From a virus, in the IMG/VR virus record IMGVR_UViG_3300048588_000136, positions 25,358 to 89,357 of that record: 64,000 nucleotides of DNA; one strand, written 5' to 3'. Made by a program: the position numbers and the translations under genes. Position 1 is the stretch's first letter. Each line of letters opens with the position of its first letter. This document shows positions 45,428 through 54,942 of this stretch, one piece after another. The notes beneath the pieces were generated by a model, which was not told the DNA's origin, made no database searches, and saw only the letters and a list, made by a program, of their open reading frames with translations.

Positions 45428-46204
45428 CTATCTCCCTATCTCACGGCTCAACGTATGCCATGCTGTTGCAACCACAACAGGCACCTGTCCATTGCCAAGG
45501 GCTTTAATCCTGTGGCCCCTATCGGTATCCCCATCAGCCATTCGTAAAATATCGTCATGACCGGCTCGCCATACCTCACTAGATATTCGTATGGAATCCG
45601 TCGTTGCACGACGTGGCCTGATGCTCTGCGTTCCTTGTTTACTGCTCTTTGCGCCTCGATGAGATTGTTGAATCCCACTTTGTGATCTGCCGCTGTCGGG
45701 GTAGGCCAGTATGAACAGTCTTTCCCGTGTGTGTGGCGCTCCAGTGGCGCAAGCCGAAAACACACCCCAGATTGCATCCATCCCCATTTCGGCCAAGTCT
45801 CCAAGTATTCGCTCGAAATACCCGCTATTAATGAGGGCTGGAACGTTTTCCAACAGCGCATACTGTGGTCGTATGATGCGCAAACATTCAGCGGTCGCTG
45901 GCCACATGTTTCGGGGATCGTCGGCTCTGAGCATGGGGCCGGCGGCACTGAATGGCTGGCAGGGGAAACCGCCTGTAACCACGTCGATAAATCCTCGGCA
46001 CTGTTCAGCGGCACCGGACTGGATGAAGTGACGAATGTCGCCAAAGATGGGCGCTCGGCTAAACAAGCCGTCGTCAATTCTTGCCCGGAGAACTCGCTGA
46101 CAATATTTATTCCATTCGACATAACCTAAGCACTCCCAGCCTAACAGATAATGTGTTGCCCATACGCCTAGTCCAGCGCCGGCGAATAGTGCAAGCTCTT
46201 TCAT
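45428..46204 (-). CDS. C5 cytosine DNA methyltransferase (alpha chain)
   Basis: LFAGAG, GGFPCQ, ENV, HTRER and LGN; motif IX not seen. Confidence 0.92.
   Translation of the reverse strand: MKELALFAGAGLGVWATHYLLGWECLGYVEWNKYCQRVLRARIDDGLFSRAPIFGDIRHFIQSGAAEQCRGFIDVVTGGFPCQPFSAAGPMLRADDPRNMWPATAECLRIIRPQYALLENVPALINSGYFERILGDLAEMGMDAIWGVFSACATGAPHTRERLFILAYPDSGRSQSGIQQSHRGAKSSKQGTQSIRPRRATTDSIRISSEVWRAGHDDILRMADGDTDRGHRIKALGNGQVPVVVATAWHTLSREIGR
45448..46122 (-). CDS. Nested alternative-frame MTase beta chain (EcoHK31I-type)
   Basis: 224-codon same-strand ORF; WPTPTA.D...EWLMGIPIG is motif IX-like. Confidence 0.7.
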   Translation of the reverse strand: MSNGINIVSEFSGQELTTACLAERPSLATFVTSSSPVPLNSAEDLSTWLQAVSPASHSVPPAPCSEPTIPETCGQRPLNVCASYDHSMRCWKTFQPSLIAGISSEYLETWPKWGWMQSGVCFRLAPLERHTHGKDCSYWPTPTAADHKVGFNNLIEAQRAVNKERRASGHVVQRRIPYEYLVRYGEPVMTIFYEWLMGIPIGATGLKPLAMDRCLLWLQQHGIR

Positions 46205-46803
46205 CCGAACAACCCTACCTGAACCGGAACCGGCTCAATCTCAACGGCCGGCGCTTCACCGAAACGGGGGTCGTAATAGTCGCTGCGCTGTGGCGGTAAT
46301 ACGTAATCCATGCCCCACAGCGCGAAGATGTCCTGCTCTTCTGGCGTCTCTATCAGCTTCGCGCCTGCCCAGACACGGGCGTCGCGCACCTGATAGCCGT
46401 CTGGCATAAAGCCATGCTGTGACCGCTTCGTCACCATCTTGCGGCTGAACTCTGCCGTGCCGGTTCTGAGCAGCATATTGACACCCCACGTTGCTGGGTC
46501 AGGCTGCAAGAACAGATCAACCTGCACATACTCATCTAGCACCTTGACCGGAAAGCGAAAGCTGCGCAGCTTATTGCCCCAGCGCTTGGGCGTCGTGTGC
46601 AGGATGGCGCCGATACGTACCAGAAGATCAAGCTCTTCGTACAGTTCCACGGTGGGAATGCAAACCAACTCAATGTCGCCTATTTCCGGCTTGCAGCGAC
46701 GAATGCTACCAGCAATTTCGATACGCCTAGCGTGAGTCTGCAAGCTACTAATAAGCTGGTCGGCGACGGTTCTGGCGACGGCCAGCGGGATTTTTGTTTT
46801 CAT
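46201..46803 (-). CDS. Minimal family X DNA polymerase
   Basis: IAGSIRR...GDIELV...VDLF...RTG...EEQDIF...PPQR. Confidence 0.88.
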   Translation of the reverse strand: MKTKIPLAVARTVADQLISSLQTHARRIEIAGSIRRCKPEIGDIELVCIPTVELYEELDLLVRIGAILHTTPKRWGNKLRSFRFPVKVLDEYVQVDLFLQPDPATWGVNMLLRTGTAEFSRKMVTKRSQHGFMPDGYQVRDARVWAGAKLIETPEEQDIFALWGMDYVLPPQRSDYYDPRFGEAPAVEIEPVPVQVGLFG

Positions 46804-47882
46804 GCGGCTACCTCCAAATCAAACAGTGACAGATTCGTATAGGTCGCCGGCTTGAGGCAATGCGGACTAAACCAAATACGCTCCTTGGTAGCATTGTCAC
46901 GACCGCGACCATTGCCCTGCATACCGTAACCGCCGTGTGCTTTCCAGGCGAGACAGTCCCAGCCGGGAAGATCGTACTCGCCATCGTAGCCGCAAAGGGC
47001 TATCCTCAACAGCGGATTATCACCGTTGGCCTTGCACCAATCTGCGACCGCATGGCCTACTTCCAGACAATCTACCTCGTACAAATCGGCCTCGCGTCCA
47101 GCCTTGGCGGTGTAAGGCGGGTCAAGGAAAACAGCGGTCAGTCCATTTTTGAATGTCGGTGTCGGCCCACAGACGCGCGACCAATCACCGCAGCAGACAC
47201 GCACGCGGGTCAGGCGTTCGGATAGCGCTTGCATCCAGGCGTATAGCCCCTGTTCGCCTGCGCCGGCGTTGCCACCGGCGGCAAGCGCAACTTTCGCCTG
47301 ATTCACTCCCTGTCCCTGGTGCATGAGGTGGACACGCTGCCGGTTGACGCCCTGCCCGCTGTTGCCCAGGTGGACAAGCTGCCGGTTGACGCCCTGCCCG
47401 CTGTTGCCCAGGTGGACAAGCTGCCACCCGTCCGGTGTTTCTACCTGTTGCCACGGTCCTCTCCCGCTGCACCAGCCGCCGCCAATCCAACACGCCGCAC
47501 CCCAGCACCACCATCCCGCGATTTTCGGATCGTAGTAATCGGGATCGCCTTCCAACTTGGCGGCTAGCCCGTCCGCCTGACGTACCAGCCAACCGTGGCG
47601 GGCGTGGAGGTCGTTTTCGTTCACCGGCCAGTCGGCGTAGTGCGCTACGGCGTCGGGGTCAGCCTGAACCGCACGCCAGAAGTTCGCAATGAACCCGCTG
47701 GCGTCGTTCACGGTTTCCAGCATGGTTTTATCAGTCCGCCAATGCGGTCGGTTGAGTAGCACGGCGCCGCTGCCAAAAAACGGCTCGACATAGTTGGGGG
47801 TGTCACCAAGTCGTGACCACACGGCGTCGGCTATTTCGGATTTTCCGCCAAAATAAGGAAATGGTGCTTTCACGGCTGACAT
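46800..47882 (-). CDS. D12-class (Dam-like) N6-adenine DNA methyltransferase
   Basis: PYFGGKS, YVEPFFGSGAV and FLDPPY. Confidence 0.92.
   Translation of the reverse strand: MSAVKAPFPYFGGKSEIADAVWSRLGDTPNYVEPFFGSGAVLLNRPHWRTDKTMLETVNDASGFIANFWRAVQADPDAVAHYADWPVNENDLHARHGWLVRQADGLAAKLEGDPDYYDPKIAGWWCWGAACWIGGGWCSGRGPWQQVETPDGWQLVHLGNSGQGVNRQLVHLGNSGQGVNRQRVHLMHQGQGVNQAKVALAAGGNAGAGEQGLYAWMQALSERLTRVRVCCGDWSRVCGPTPTFKNGLTAVFLDPPYTAKAGREADLYEVDCLEVGHAVADWCKANGDNPLLRIALCGYDGEYDLPGWDCLAWKAHGGYGMQGNGRGRDNATKERIWFSPHCLKPATYTNLSLFDLEVAA
47326..47425. repeat. 42-bp in-frame tandem repeat (~2.4 copies) in the MTase
   Basis: AGGTGGACA(C/A)GCTGCCGGTTGACGCCCTGCCCGCTGTTGCCC; encodes QLVHLGNSGQGVNR. Confidence 0.9.
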
Positions 47883-47895
47883 CCTTTAGTTGTCT

Positions 47896-48708
47896 CTAGA
47901 ACAAAAATGCTTGACCGGGGTTCAACTTTTCCGCTAGAGTTCTAGAAAACCCGTTTGCTTTGATCTCACTGCGCACCGCTTCATTATGCGCGATCCAAGC
48001 GCTAGCCTGTGCGAAAAAGTCCTTTTTGATTTCAAACCCATAGCCACGGCGCCCCAGGTTGTACGCCGCAATCAGCGTTGAACCGCTACCGGCGCAGGGA
48101 TCAATCACCACGTCGCCAGGATCGGTGAAGATGCTAATCAGCCGCTCCAATAAGGCGACAGGCTTTTGTGTCGGATGAATCTTCTGATAGAGATCATCTT
48201 TGTCATCTTCCCAATCCATGACATTGAAGATCATCTTGCCGCCGTTGTTGAACTTTGGTAGCTTTTCCCGGTAGAGCAACAGCGCGTATTCAGCGTTACC
48301 GACAACCCGCATGTTAGCTTTTAACACCTGAGCGCTGTATTTCTTGCGAAATACCAAATTAATGTAATTGTTGATACCATATTGCCGTGCAAGCTCAATC
48401 AAACTGAACTGCTGTTCAAAGCTGCAAAACACAATCATGCATGGAGCCTTGCCGCGCTCTTTCGGCTCCTTAACCATCAACTTCGAGCAGAAATGCATAA
48501 ACTCAGCGGGCTTGAAATTTTCGTCAGTGTCAAAGAATGACTTGCCGGCTAACTCACTTTCGCCGTTGGCGTTGTCACCGTCCACATACCATTGCGGATT
48601 GGATGCATAAGCTTTATCGGAGAGATTGTAGGGGATATCTGCTATGACTAATTGCGCGCGCGGTATGTTGTAACTTTTGAAGTTTTGGAAATGATCATTG
48701 AATAGCAT
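47896..48708 (-). CDS. N4/N6 (beta-class) DNA methyltransferase
   Basis: ADIPYN, HPTQKP and DPCAGSGST. Confidence 0.92.
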   Translation of the reverse strand: MLFNDHFQNFKSYNIPRAQLVIADIPYNLSDKAYASNPQWYVDGDNANGESELAGKSFFDTDENFKPAEFMHFCSKLMVKEPKERGKAPCMIVFCSFEQQFSLIELARQYGINNYINLVFRKKYSAQVLKANMRVVGNAEYALLLYREKLPKFNNGGKMIFNVMDWEDDKDDLYQKIHPTQKPVALLERLISIFTDPGDVVIDPCAGSGSTLIAAYNLGRRGYGFEIKKDFFAQASAWIAHNEAVRSEIKANGFSRTLAEKLNPGQAFLF

Positions 48709-49017
48709 GCTTCCGCACCTTCTCCGACAATTCCCGATTAGCCTCTAGCAGCGTGGCTATGCGCTTATCCTTCGTGGCAATCTCAGCGCGCAACGCTGCA
48801 ATCAGTTCGCTCTTCTTTTCCAGTTCGTCTAGCAGTCTGTTTATTTTGTTTCTTTCGTCTTCCATGTCTTACCTCTTTTTGAAGTGTGGCCACTGCACTG
48901 GAGGATGCAGTGGCCCCGTTTGGGAGTGTGCCAGCCTGCCGCCGAGACGCTGCTCCCCAGTAGCGTCGTAACATCCGCAGAGGTGCAGACGTGACGCAAA
49001 CAGGTCAGCACACATTG

Positions 49018-49527
49018 TCACTTCTGAAACCAGTACACCATTTCCCGGTTAGCGCCGTGACACTCTCTTTCTAACTCACCGCCAACCACCTGGACAGTGG
49101 CGTACACATCAGCCTGTGGAATCCAGGGCGCATTGTCGAAGCGTTGCCAGGCGTCGCCGTCAACGGGGCGCCAAGCAACGGGGCGCCACATCGGGTAGTT
49201 GTCCTCTAATTCAATGTCGAAACGGATGTGGATACGGCCAGCAGCGCTCTCCATCACCTTGCGCAACTGAATAGCGCCAACGGCAATGTTATATGCGGCG
49301 GCTGCGGCCTCTTTACTGTTGTGTGTTGACCAAATGCGACTGACACAAGTACCATCATGCGTAGCGACGTGCCATTGATTGCCACTACCGTACACAATCA
49401 GCTTCGGTTGAATCTTGTTGGTGAACCGGTAATAATCGGCATGGGTGAACATGCGGCGCATACCTTCCGCTACCATATTCATGTGTTCATCGGCCACCGT
49501 GACCGGCGTTGCGATTGTCATGGTCAT
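49018..49527 (-). CDS. Hypothetical protein
   Basis: AAGGAG SD; long ORF. Confidence 0.6.
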   Translation of the reverse strand: MTMTIATPVTVADEHMNMVAEGMRRMFTHADYYRFTNKIQPKLIVYGSGNQWHVATHDGTCVSRIWSTHNSKEAAAAAYNIAVGAIQLRKVMESAAGRIHIRFDIELEDNYPMWRPVAWRPVDGDAWQRFDNAPWIPQADVYATVQVVGGELERECHGANREMVYWFQK

Positions 49528-49596
49528 GTGCTATACTCCTTTTTGAGATTGTTTCTCTTTAGCGCCGTTTCTCTATGCCAGTAGAGAGCGGCGCTT

Positions 49597-49818
49597 TTAT
49601 TTTGGCTTCATCACTACTGCGTAAGCGGCGATAATCACGGCGCCTAGCAACAGCTTGCCCACAACCGGCGCTGCATAAGCACAGCAGCCGATAACCGTCG
49701 GCATCACGGCAACCATCACGGGAAAAACAACCACCACTGCGGTAACAGCCAACAGCGCATACAGCCACGTTCGCACTACGTCGCTGTTCCACGAAACGTA
49801 ATAGGTTGCTGCGATCAT
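49597..49818 (-). CDS. Small membrane protein
   Basis: Two hydrophobic segments; GAGGAG SD; resembles 34548-35036. Confidence 0.55.
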   Translation of the reverse strand: MIAATYYVSWNSDVVRTWLYALLAVTAVVVVFPVMVAVMPTVIGCCAYAAPVVGKLLLGAVIIAAYAVVMKPK

Positions 49819-49877
49819 GATTAAACTCCTCTCAAATTGAAAAAACTCAACAAAATGCCGGTACTCTCACCGGCGAG

Positions 49878-50171
49878 TCACGACTGTTTCTGTCGCGCCT
49901 CCCTGCACGCATCCCAGATCCAGCCAGTAAAGTCTTTGCTATCAATTTTTGGCCTGCGGCTAGACATATCTAGCGCAATGAACCATCGCCCATACAACGT
50001 GGTAATAATGCCCTGAATCTCTTTGTCCGTATACGGTGCCAATCCTGCGCCGTAACACCTGCACACATAGCGCCAAACGGCGATTGGGTCATCTGTGTAT
50101 GCCGGATAATTGCGTGGGTGGTTCTGACGGAGCGCACTGGTGATGCGCTCCGTGTACTCCTGAATCGTCAC
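49878..50171 (-). CDS. Hypothetical protein
   Basis: Likely GTG start (VTIQEY). Confidence 0.45.
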   Translation of the reverse strand: MTIQEYTERITSALRQNHPRNYPAYTDDPIAVWRYVCRCYGAGLAPYTDKEIQGIITTLYGRWFIALDMSSRRPKIDSKDFTGWIWDACREARQKQS

Positions 50172-50327
50172 CCGATTTCTTTCTCCTGGCGGCGCTCCAT
50201 CCAGCGCACTTTCACGTCCACGCCGTGGCGCTCGATAATGGCCCACATTGCCGATGTCGCATCTTTGGCATAAATGGTGCGCACGGTGGTGTCCTTGGCG
50301 ATTGCGTATTCAAAATAGGTTTTCATG
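50168..50327 (-). CDS. Small hypothetical protein
   Basis: AAGGA SD before MKTYFEY. Confidence 0.45.
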
Positions 50328-50571
50328 ACTATCATCCTTTCCGTCATTCTTTTTTGTCCTGTTGCCAGTCTCACAGAGTACGTCAGGGTCGGGCCGTTCC
50401 TCTCATGCCGGCCATTTTGCGGATTTTCCCTCATGGACTGGTATGTCCCTGTCACTGCGCACTCTGTCGGGCGATTCGCTCCGTGACCTCGGCCTAACCG
50501 GTGGCTAATATTCCCGATGCGCTTTGCAGTTGGTAAGGTGCTGATTGCAATGTTTTATTGCTTATATAGAA

Positions 50572-50623
50572 ATTTTAACCTATTATAGAAACTTTGTCAA
50601 CTACCAAATTTCTAAAATAGAAA
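50572..50623 (-). promoter_or_regulatory. Early promoter TTGACA-17-TAAAAT with upstream TTTCTA-N3-TAGAAA operator
   Basis: Operator lies 8 bp upstream of the -35. Confidence 0.8.
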
Positions 50624-50673
50624 TAAATTTAGGCACAATAATCCATAAGTGGAAATTTTTCATGCTTTCTACT

Positions 50674-53229
50674 TTACGGATTGACTAAACTGTTTGCGGA
50701 ATTGATAGCGTCTTGTGTGTTGGTGATGATACCTTTGCGGATCGCCTTGTTGCCGGCGCCCTTGGCGGCCACATAGCCTAAACCATCAAGCGCCTGACCA
50801 AACTCCCGGCCGCTGACCGTGTTTTCGCCGTGATCCTCGCACCATTGCAAATAGTCTTGATAGAGATTTTTGAAGAGGTCAGATTTTTTAACATCAATAG
50901 TACAGTTTGATTCAACCCACATGGCAAGAGAATCCATTTCGGTTTTGTACGCTGTGGTTGCTTGTGCAACGCTAGCCGGCTCAGAAAGTCCGATACGATT
51001 CCATTCCATGCACCCAGCCACAGCCCACGCCAGAATGCCGGGTAGCTCTGCAATTAGCTTATTGATCAGGTCTTTGTCTTGTTCTGCTTTGGGTACCTGG
51101 ATCATAAATGGGATCAATCTAATACGATTCCAAATTGCTTCGTCGCGACCCTTGATCACTGGCTTATGATTGCCGTAGATCCAAAGCTTATGTGTAGGCT
51201 GGAAACTGAAATACTCTTGACGCATAAAGCGCGCCGTAATGGTATCCATGCCGGTTAAATCCTTGACCATTGTTTCATTGAGCTTGCGTCCCTGTTCGGT
51301 TTCGGACGTAACTACAAAGCGGCGGCCTGGTAGCTGCGCAATGTCGTTTGGAATGCCGGGATTACCATATCTGGCCATCAGCATTTCGATTGGTGATTTA
51401 ATAGAGTACTCGCCAAGCAGAGCAAGCAACACTTCCACAAAGGTACTTTTGCCGTTGTTACCTTTTGGGCCATACATGAAAAATAGGCACTTTTCGGACA
51501 CATTGCCCGTCAATGTGTAACCGACGGCGCGCTGAATGAAACCGATAATGTCAGCATCGCCAGCCATAATTTTGTTTAGAAATGCTTTCCAGATCGGGCA
51601 ATCCACATCAGTACGATATTCGACATCCACATACTTGGTCAGCAGAGCGTCTTTTTCATGGGGATGCAATTTGCCAGTCCGCAAATCCACAATGCCGTTT
51701 TTGACGTTGAGAAACCAGACGCCGCGGTCAAGGTGAGCGTGTGTGATAGTGATCCCCGGCTCTGACTGTGCAGATCGACACATAGCCTCTATGCGTGCCT
51801 GGCTTTCACTGGCCATTGCCCACTTAGCCAAGGCGCGGCGCTTGTCCGGATCTGGTTCCAATGATGCCTCGGTATAGATACCGGCAACAACTTGTTTTGC
51901 TAAAAATTCAATGCGCCGGGTTTTATCCTCCTGCCAATATCGGCCATTCCAAATAAACCACTTGCCCCATTCGGTGATATAGCGAATGTCATCGCCGTAC
52001 AATTTGACCATACGTCGTGCATTGCCTGTGTCGGTCAAGTTGATAGCAGTGCCTGACATTTGCGGCGACGGGCTTTGCGCCGCTGAGCCTGGGGATGGTG
52101 GCGGCGGCGGGGGCTGTTGTGGTGGCACACTGCCATTCGTGGGCGCATGGTTGCCATTAGCATGTCCATTACCATTGAAGGTAATCACATTGCCCAGTAC
52201 GCCGATAGGATCACCGGGGAGCTTTACCGGGTCTGACGTGCCACCGCTATAGGTGTTTGTGCAGCTTTGGATAGCCTTGTCAATGGTTCGGTTGCGGTAA
52301 TCATCACGCAGCCACTTCGGGCGAAATAGAGCGCTGCCACGAAACACACGATCGATGCGCAGAGGATCACGTCCAAACCAAAACGCCAGTTTGCTACATA
52401 GCGCTAGGTCAGCATTGCTGTGGTCGTCATTGTAGGCGCTCATATCGCCATCCCACAGTGCGGCGGCGGCGGCGTCTTTTTCCCGCATTTTGTCAAGGAC
52501 TGTGTTATCGTCCATTTCGACGGGTACAACATCGACAGATGCAACAGCGGACCGTTTGGCATTTGTGGCCGCCACAATCCCCTCGACCTCTTTGGCAAGG
52601 TCAGACAATTCGTACTGAGTATCCATCTCGAATTTAACGATCTGCGCCTGGGGATAGTTGGGTGCAAATTCCGGCTTGCGGTTGTAAGTGCCGGGGATAC
52701 GCAATACCCGCGCCAAGTCTTTCACATGGTTATCACCCGTCACAAATTCATCCCATGCATACTGAATATCAATGATCCGTTGCCGGGCCTCTGGGCTGTC
52801 AACGTGGTAGGTTTGCGCCAACAGCCAGTAACAATGATAGCCGCCGCCGCTGAATACAATCACAGACGGGGCAATGTCCAGGGTCATAATCGAATCGAGC
52901 AAATGCGCCGGCTGCTGACCAGGCGCAAGGTCAAACTCTGCAAAGAGACAGTTGACAGCGATAATGTCCTCAATCAGCGCTCGTTGCTGCATAGTCTTGG
53001 CGACGCCGCTTGGATGGATGCCAAAGTAAACATTGACCGTTGTCCATAGATCGCTGACTTCACGCTGCTGTTGCACCGGAAACCAGAACGTCAATTTCCC
53101 GCCATCGCTGTCAGGTATCCAGTAATAAGCAAATTGCCCACCTTGCCAAAGGTGAGCAGTCAATTCGTAAAATCTTTGATCAACCACCACACACCACCTT
53201 TTCAACAGGTTGATATACTGTTTGGTCAT
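50674..53229 (-). CDS. Primase-polymerase (RepB-primase-like) fused to D5/SF3 helicase
   Basis: FAEFD, SGGGYHCYW, RVLRIPG, DHSNADLALC, TDTGNA, GNNGKST and VKDLTG.D. Confidence 0.92.
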   Translation of the reverse strand: MTKQYINLLKRWCVVVDQRFYELTAHLWQGGQFAYYWIPDSDGGKLTFWFPVQQQREVSDLWTTVNVYFGIHPSGVAKTMQQRALIEDIIAVNCLFAEFDLAPGQQPAHLLDSIMTLDIAPSVIVFSGGGYHCYWLLAQTYHVDSPEARQRIIDIQYAWDEFVTGDNHVKDLARVLRIPGTYNRKPEFAPNYPQAQIVKFEMDTQYELSDLAKEVEGIVAATNAKRSAVASVDVVPVEMDDNTVLDKMREKDAAAAALWDGDMSAYNDDHSNADLALCSKLAFWFGRDPLRIDRVFRGSALFRPKWLRDDYRNRTIDKAIQSCTNTYSGGTSDPVKLPGDPIGVLGNVITFNGNGHANGNHAPTNGSVPPQQPPPPPPSPGSAAQSPSPQMSGTAINLTDTGNARRMVKLYGDDIRYITEWGKWFIWNGRYWQEDKTRRIEFLAKQVVAGIYTEASLEPDPDKRRALAKWAMASESQARIEAMCRSAQSEPGITITHAHLDRGVWFLNVKNGIVDLRTGKLHPHEKDALLTKYVDVEYRTDVDCPIWKAFLNKIMAGDADIIGFIQRAVGYTLTGNVSEKCLFFMYGPKGNNGKSTFVEVLLALLGEYSIKSPIEMLMARYGNPGIPNDIAQLPGRRFVVTSETEQGRKLNETMVKDLTGMDTITARFMRQEYFSFQPTHKLWIYGNHKPVIKGRDEAIWNRIRLIPFMIQVPKAEQDKDLINKLIAELPGILAWAVAGCMEWNRIGLSEPASVAQATTAYKTEMDSLAMWVESNCTIDVKKSDLFKNLYQDYLQWCEDHGENTVSGREFGQALDGLGYVAAKGAGNKAIRKGIITNTQDAINSANSLVNP

Positions 53230-53686
53230 TTACTCTTTTGCTGTGAACATAGGCCATCACACGAGGTGCAAACAAAATTGACGATAACTCTATTGCGGAT
53301 AAATCAATAGGCTGATCTGCTCTTCCCAGTGTGATGTGTGGTTTAAATGGAAGAGCAGAAGGCCCAATAATATTACTAACTAAATTTTCAATATCCCGAT
53401 TTAACTGAAACAGAGGATTCAAATTACCAGACAAGCCAGCCCAAATGACGATATTTTGATTATAAAAAACTCCTAGATGATCGATTTCAAAAACCATCTG
53501 AGGAAATGTCAATCTATTGAATTCCTGTCGAATTTTTTCATCCTGATGAAATGTGACTTCACCAATGAATCGCATTGTTAAATGCAGCTTGTCGTGAGAA
53601 ACTTTGTCAATATTAAAACGAGATTGAAGGTTTACCAGAGTGTCTTTAGTATCATCCGGCAAATCTAGCATGATGAATGATTTCAT
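53180..53686 (-). CDS. 2H phosphoesterase (ThpR/LigT-like)
   Basis: LHLTMRFIG and FKPHITLGR; AT-rich. Confidence 0.88.
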   Translation of the reverse strand: MKSFIMLDLPDDTKDTLVNLQSRFNIDKVSHDKLHLTMRFIGEVTFHQDEKIRQEFNRLTFPQMVFEIDHLGVFYNQNIVIWAGLSGNLNPLFQLNRDIENLVSNIIGPSALPFKPHITLGRADQPIDLSAIELSSILFAPRVMAYVHSKRVNDQTVYQPVEKVVCGG

Positions 53687-53754
53687 GACTTATTCCCCAA
53701 AAAAGAGTGTCACCGGCAGGGGGCAATGTGGGAGCGGAGCCGGTGACATTGATG

Positions 53755-54339
53755 CTATGCAGCGAGTAGATATTGTACTTTGCTTGACAGCAACGCAACC
53801 CGGTCAGCAGTCACAGACTGCCCACCTTTGGCACTGGCAAGTTTGGCGAGGAATGCCCGGCCACGTTGATCATTTTCTGGACCTACAAAAATTGTATCAA
53901 TGCGGTTTTGATAACCGGCAGCTACCTTAAGCGCTTCACGTTCGCTGTCAGGCTGACCGTCGCTGATAACCACAAAACGCATATCCGGCACGTCTGCGAC
54001 CTTGGCAAACTCCAAAGCACCGGCAAGCCCTGTGCCGCCTTGTAGATTGAACGGCTGACCATTAGGACAAAACATAACTGATCCCGTTGATGCAAAGCTA
54101 ATCACTGCCACCTTGCCGGGGATCGTAGCTTGCAGGTTGGCAAGTTCTTTGCAGGCAGCTTCGTAGCGGCTCAGTTCGCCTGGGGCATCGCACGCTTCCA
54201 TCGATGAAGATGTATCAACGAGTACGATCACATCGGCAGAAAGGAAGGTTTCAGCGAGGCTGGCGCCGGTTTGTTTGGCGATATCAGATAAAGAGCCTTT
54301 AACGACTTGCGTTTGTGTGCGTTCGATTTGGTATCTCAT
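53755..54339 (-). CDS. vWA domain protein
   Basis: MIDAS DTSSSM, GGT and ISDGQP. Confidence 0.88.
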   Translation of the reverse strand: MRYQIERTQTQVVKGSLSDIAKQTGASLAETFLSADVIVLVDTSSSMEACDAPGELSRYEAACKELANLQATIPGKVAVISFASTGSVMFCPNGQPFNLQGGTGLAGALEFAKVADVPDMRFVVISDGQPDSEREALKVAAGYQNRIDTIFVGPENDQRGRAFLAKLASAKGGQSVTADRVALLSSKVQYLLAA

Positions 54340-54932
54340 ATTACCCATTCCTCTCTTGGAGCATCTTCTCCATACACCCAAGATGCAACTAACGTTTGTC
54401 CAAACTCGTTGACAATATCCTGCCATTGTAGGATCTCTGTCATGGTGAACTTGCCCCGACGACTTTCACCTTTGCCAAGTATCAATCCACAGCGCAGCGG
54501 GGAACGATAGCCAAACTTATCATCGGCATTGGCGCCGTTGAAAAGTTCGACATTGTTTTTCAATGATGCTTGCAACGCCAACCCTGCATCATACTTGGCG
54601 CGCTTCGTGGACAATACATCATAAGCGTGCTTGATGGCGTCAAACTGCTTGCGTGCGTCCGGCTCCTTGCAGCGGTCGGGGTGCCACTGCATCGCCATGC
54701 GCTTATAGGCTTTCTTGATTTCGTCGGTTGTGGATGTCTGCGCAATGCCAAGGGTGCCGTACAATGTCGGTTCCTCGCCTGGGCGCATAGGTACACCGAA
54801 ATACTCACACAAAGCTTGCTTGGTCACTGCCACAGCCCATGTGCCGCCAACGAAGCAGTAGGCGGTTTCTGCGCCATCGGGGCGGGCTTTGCACCGGCCC
54901 ACATAGCGGGCTTCAATGAGTTTGATTTCCAT
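54336..54932 (-). CDS. J-domain (DnaJ-like) protein
   Basis: LYGTLGI...EIKKAYKRMAMQWHPD...AYDVLS. Confidence 0.88.
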   Translation of the reverse strand: MEIKLIEARYVGRCKARPDGAETAYCFVGGTWAVAVTKQALCEYFGVPMRPGEEPTLYGTLGIAQTSTTDEIKKAYKRMAMQWHPDRCKEPDARKQFDAIKHAYDVLSTKRAKYDAGLALQASLKNNVELFNGANADDKFGYRSPLRCGLILGKGESRRGKFTMTEILQWQDIVNEFGQTLVASWVYGEDAPREEWVI

Positions 54933-54942
54933 GATCAACTCC

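Noticed and set aside
47326-47425. Possible CRISPR array
   Set aside because: Contiguous in-frame coding repeats with no unique spacers; no cas genes seen.
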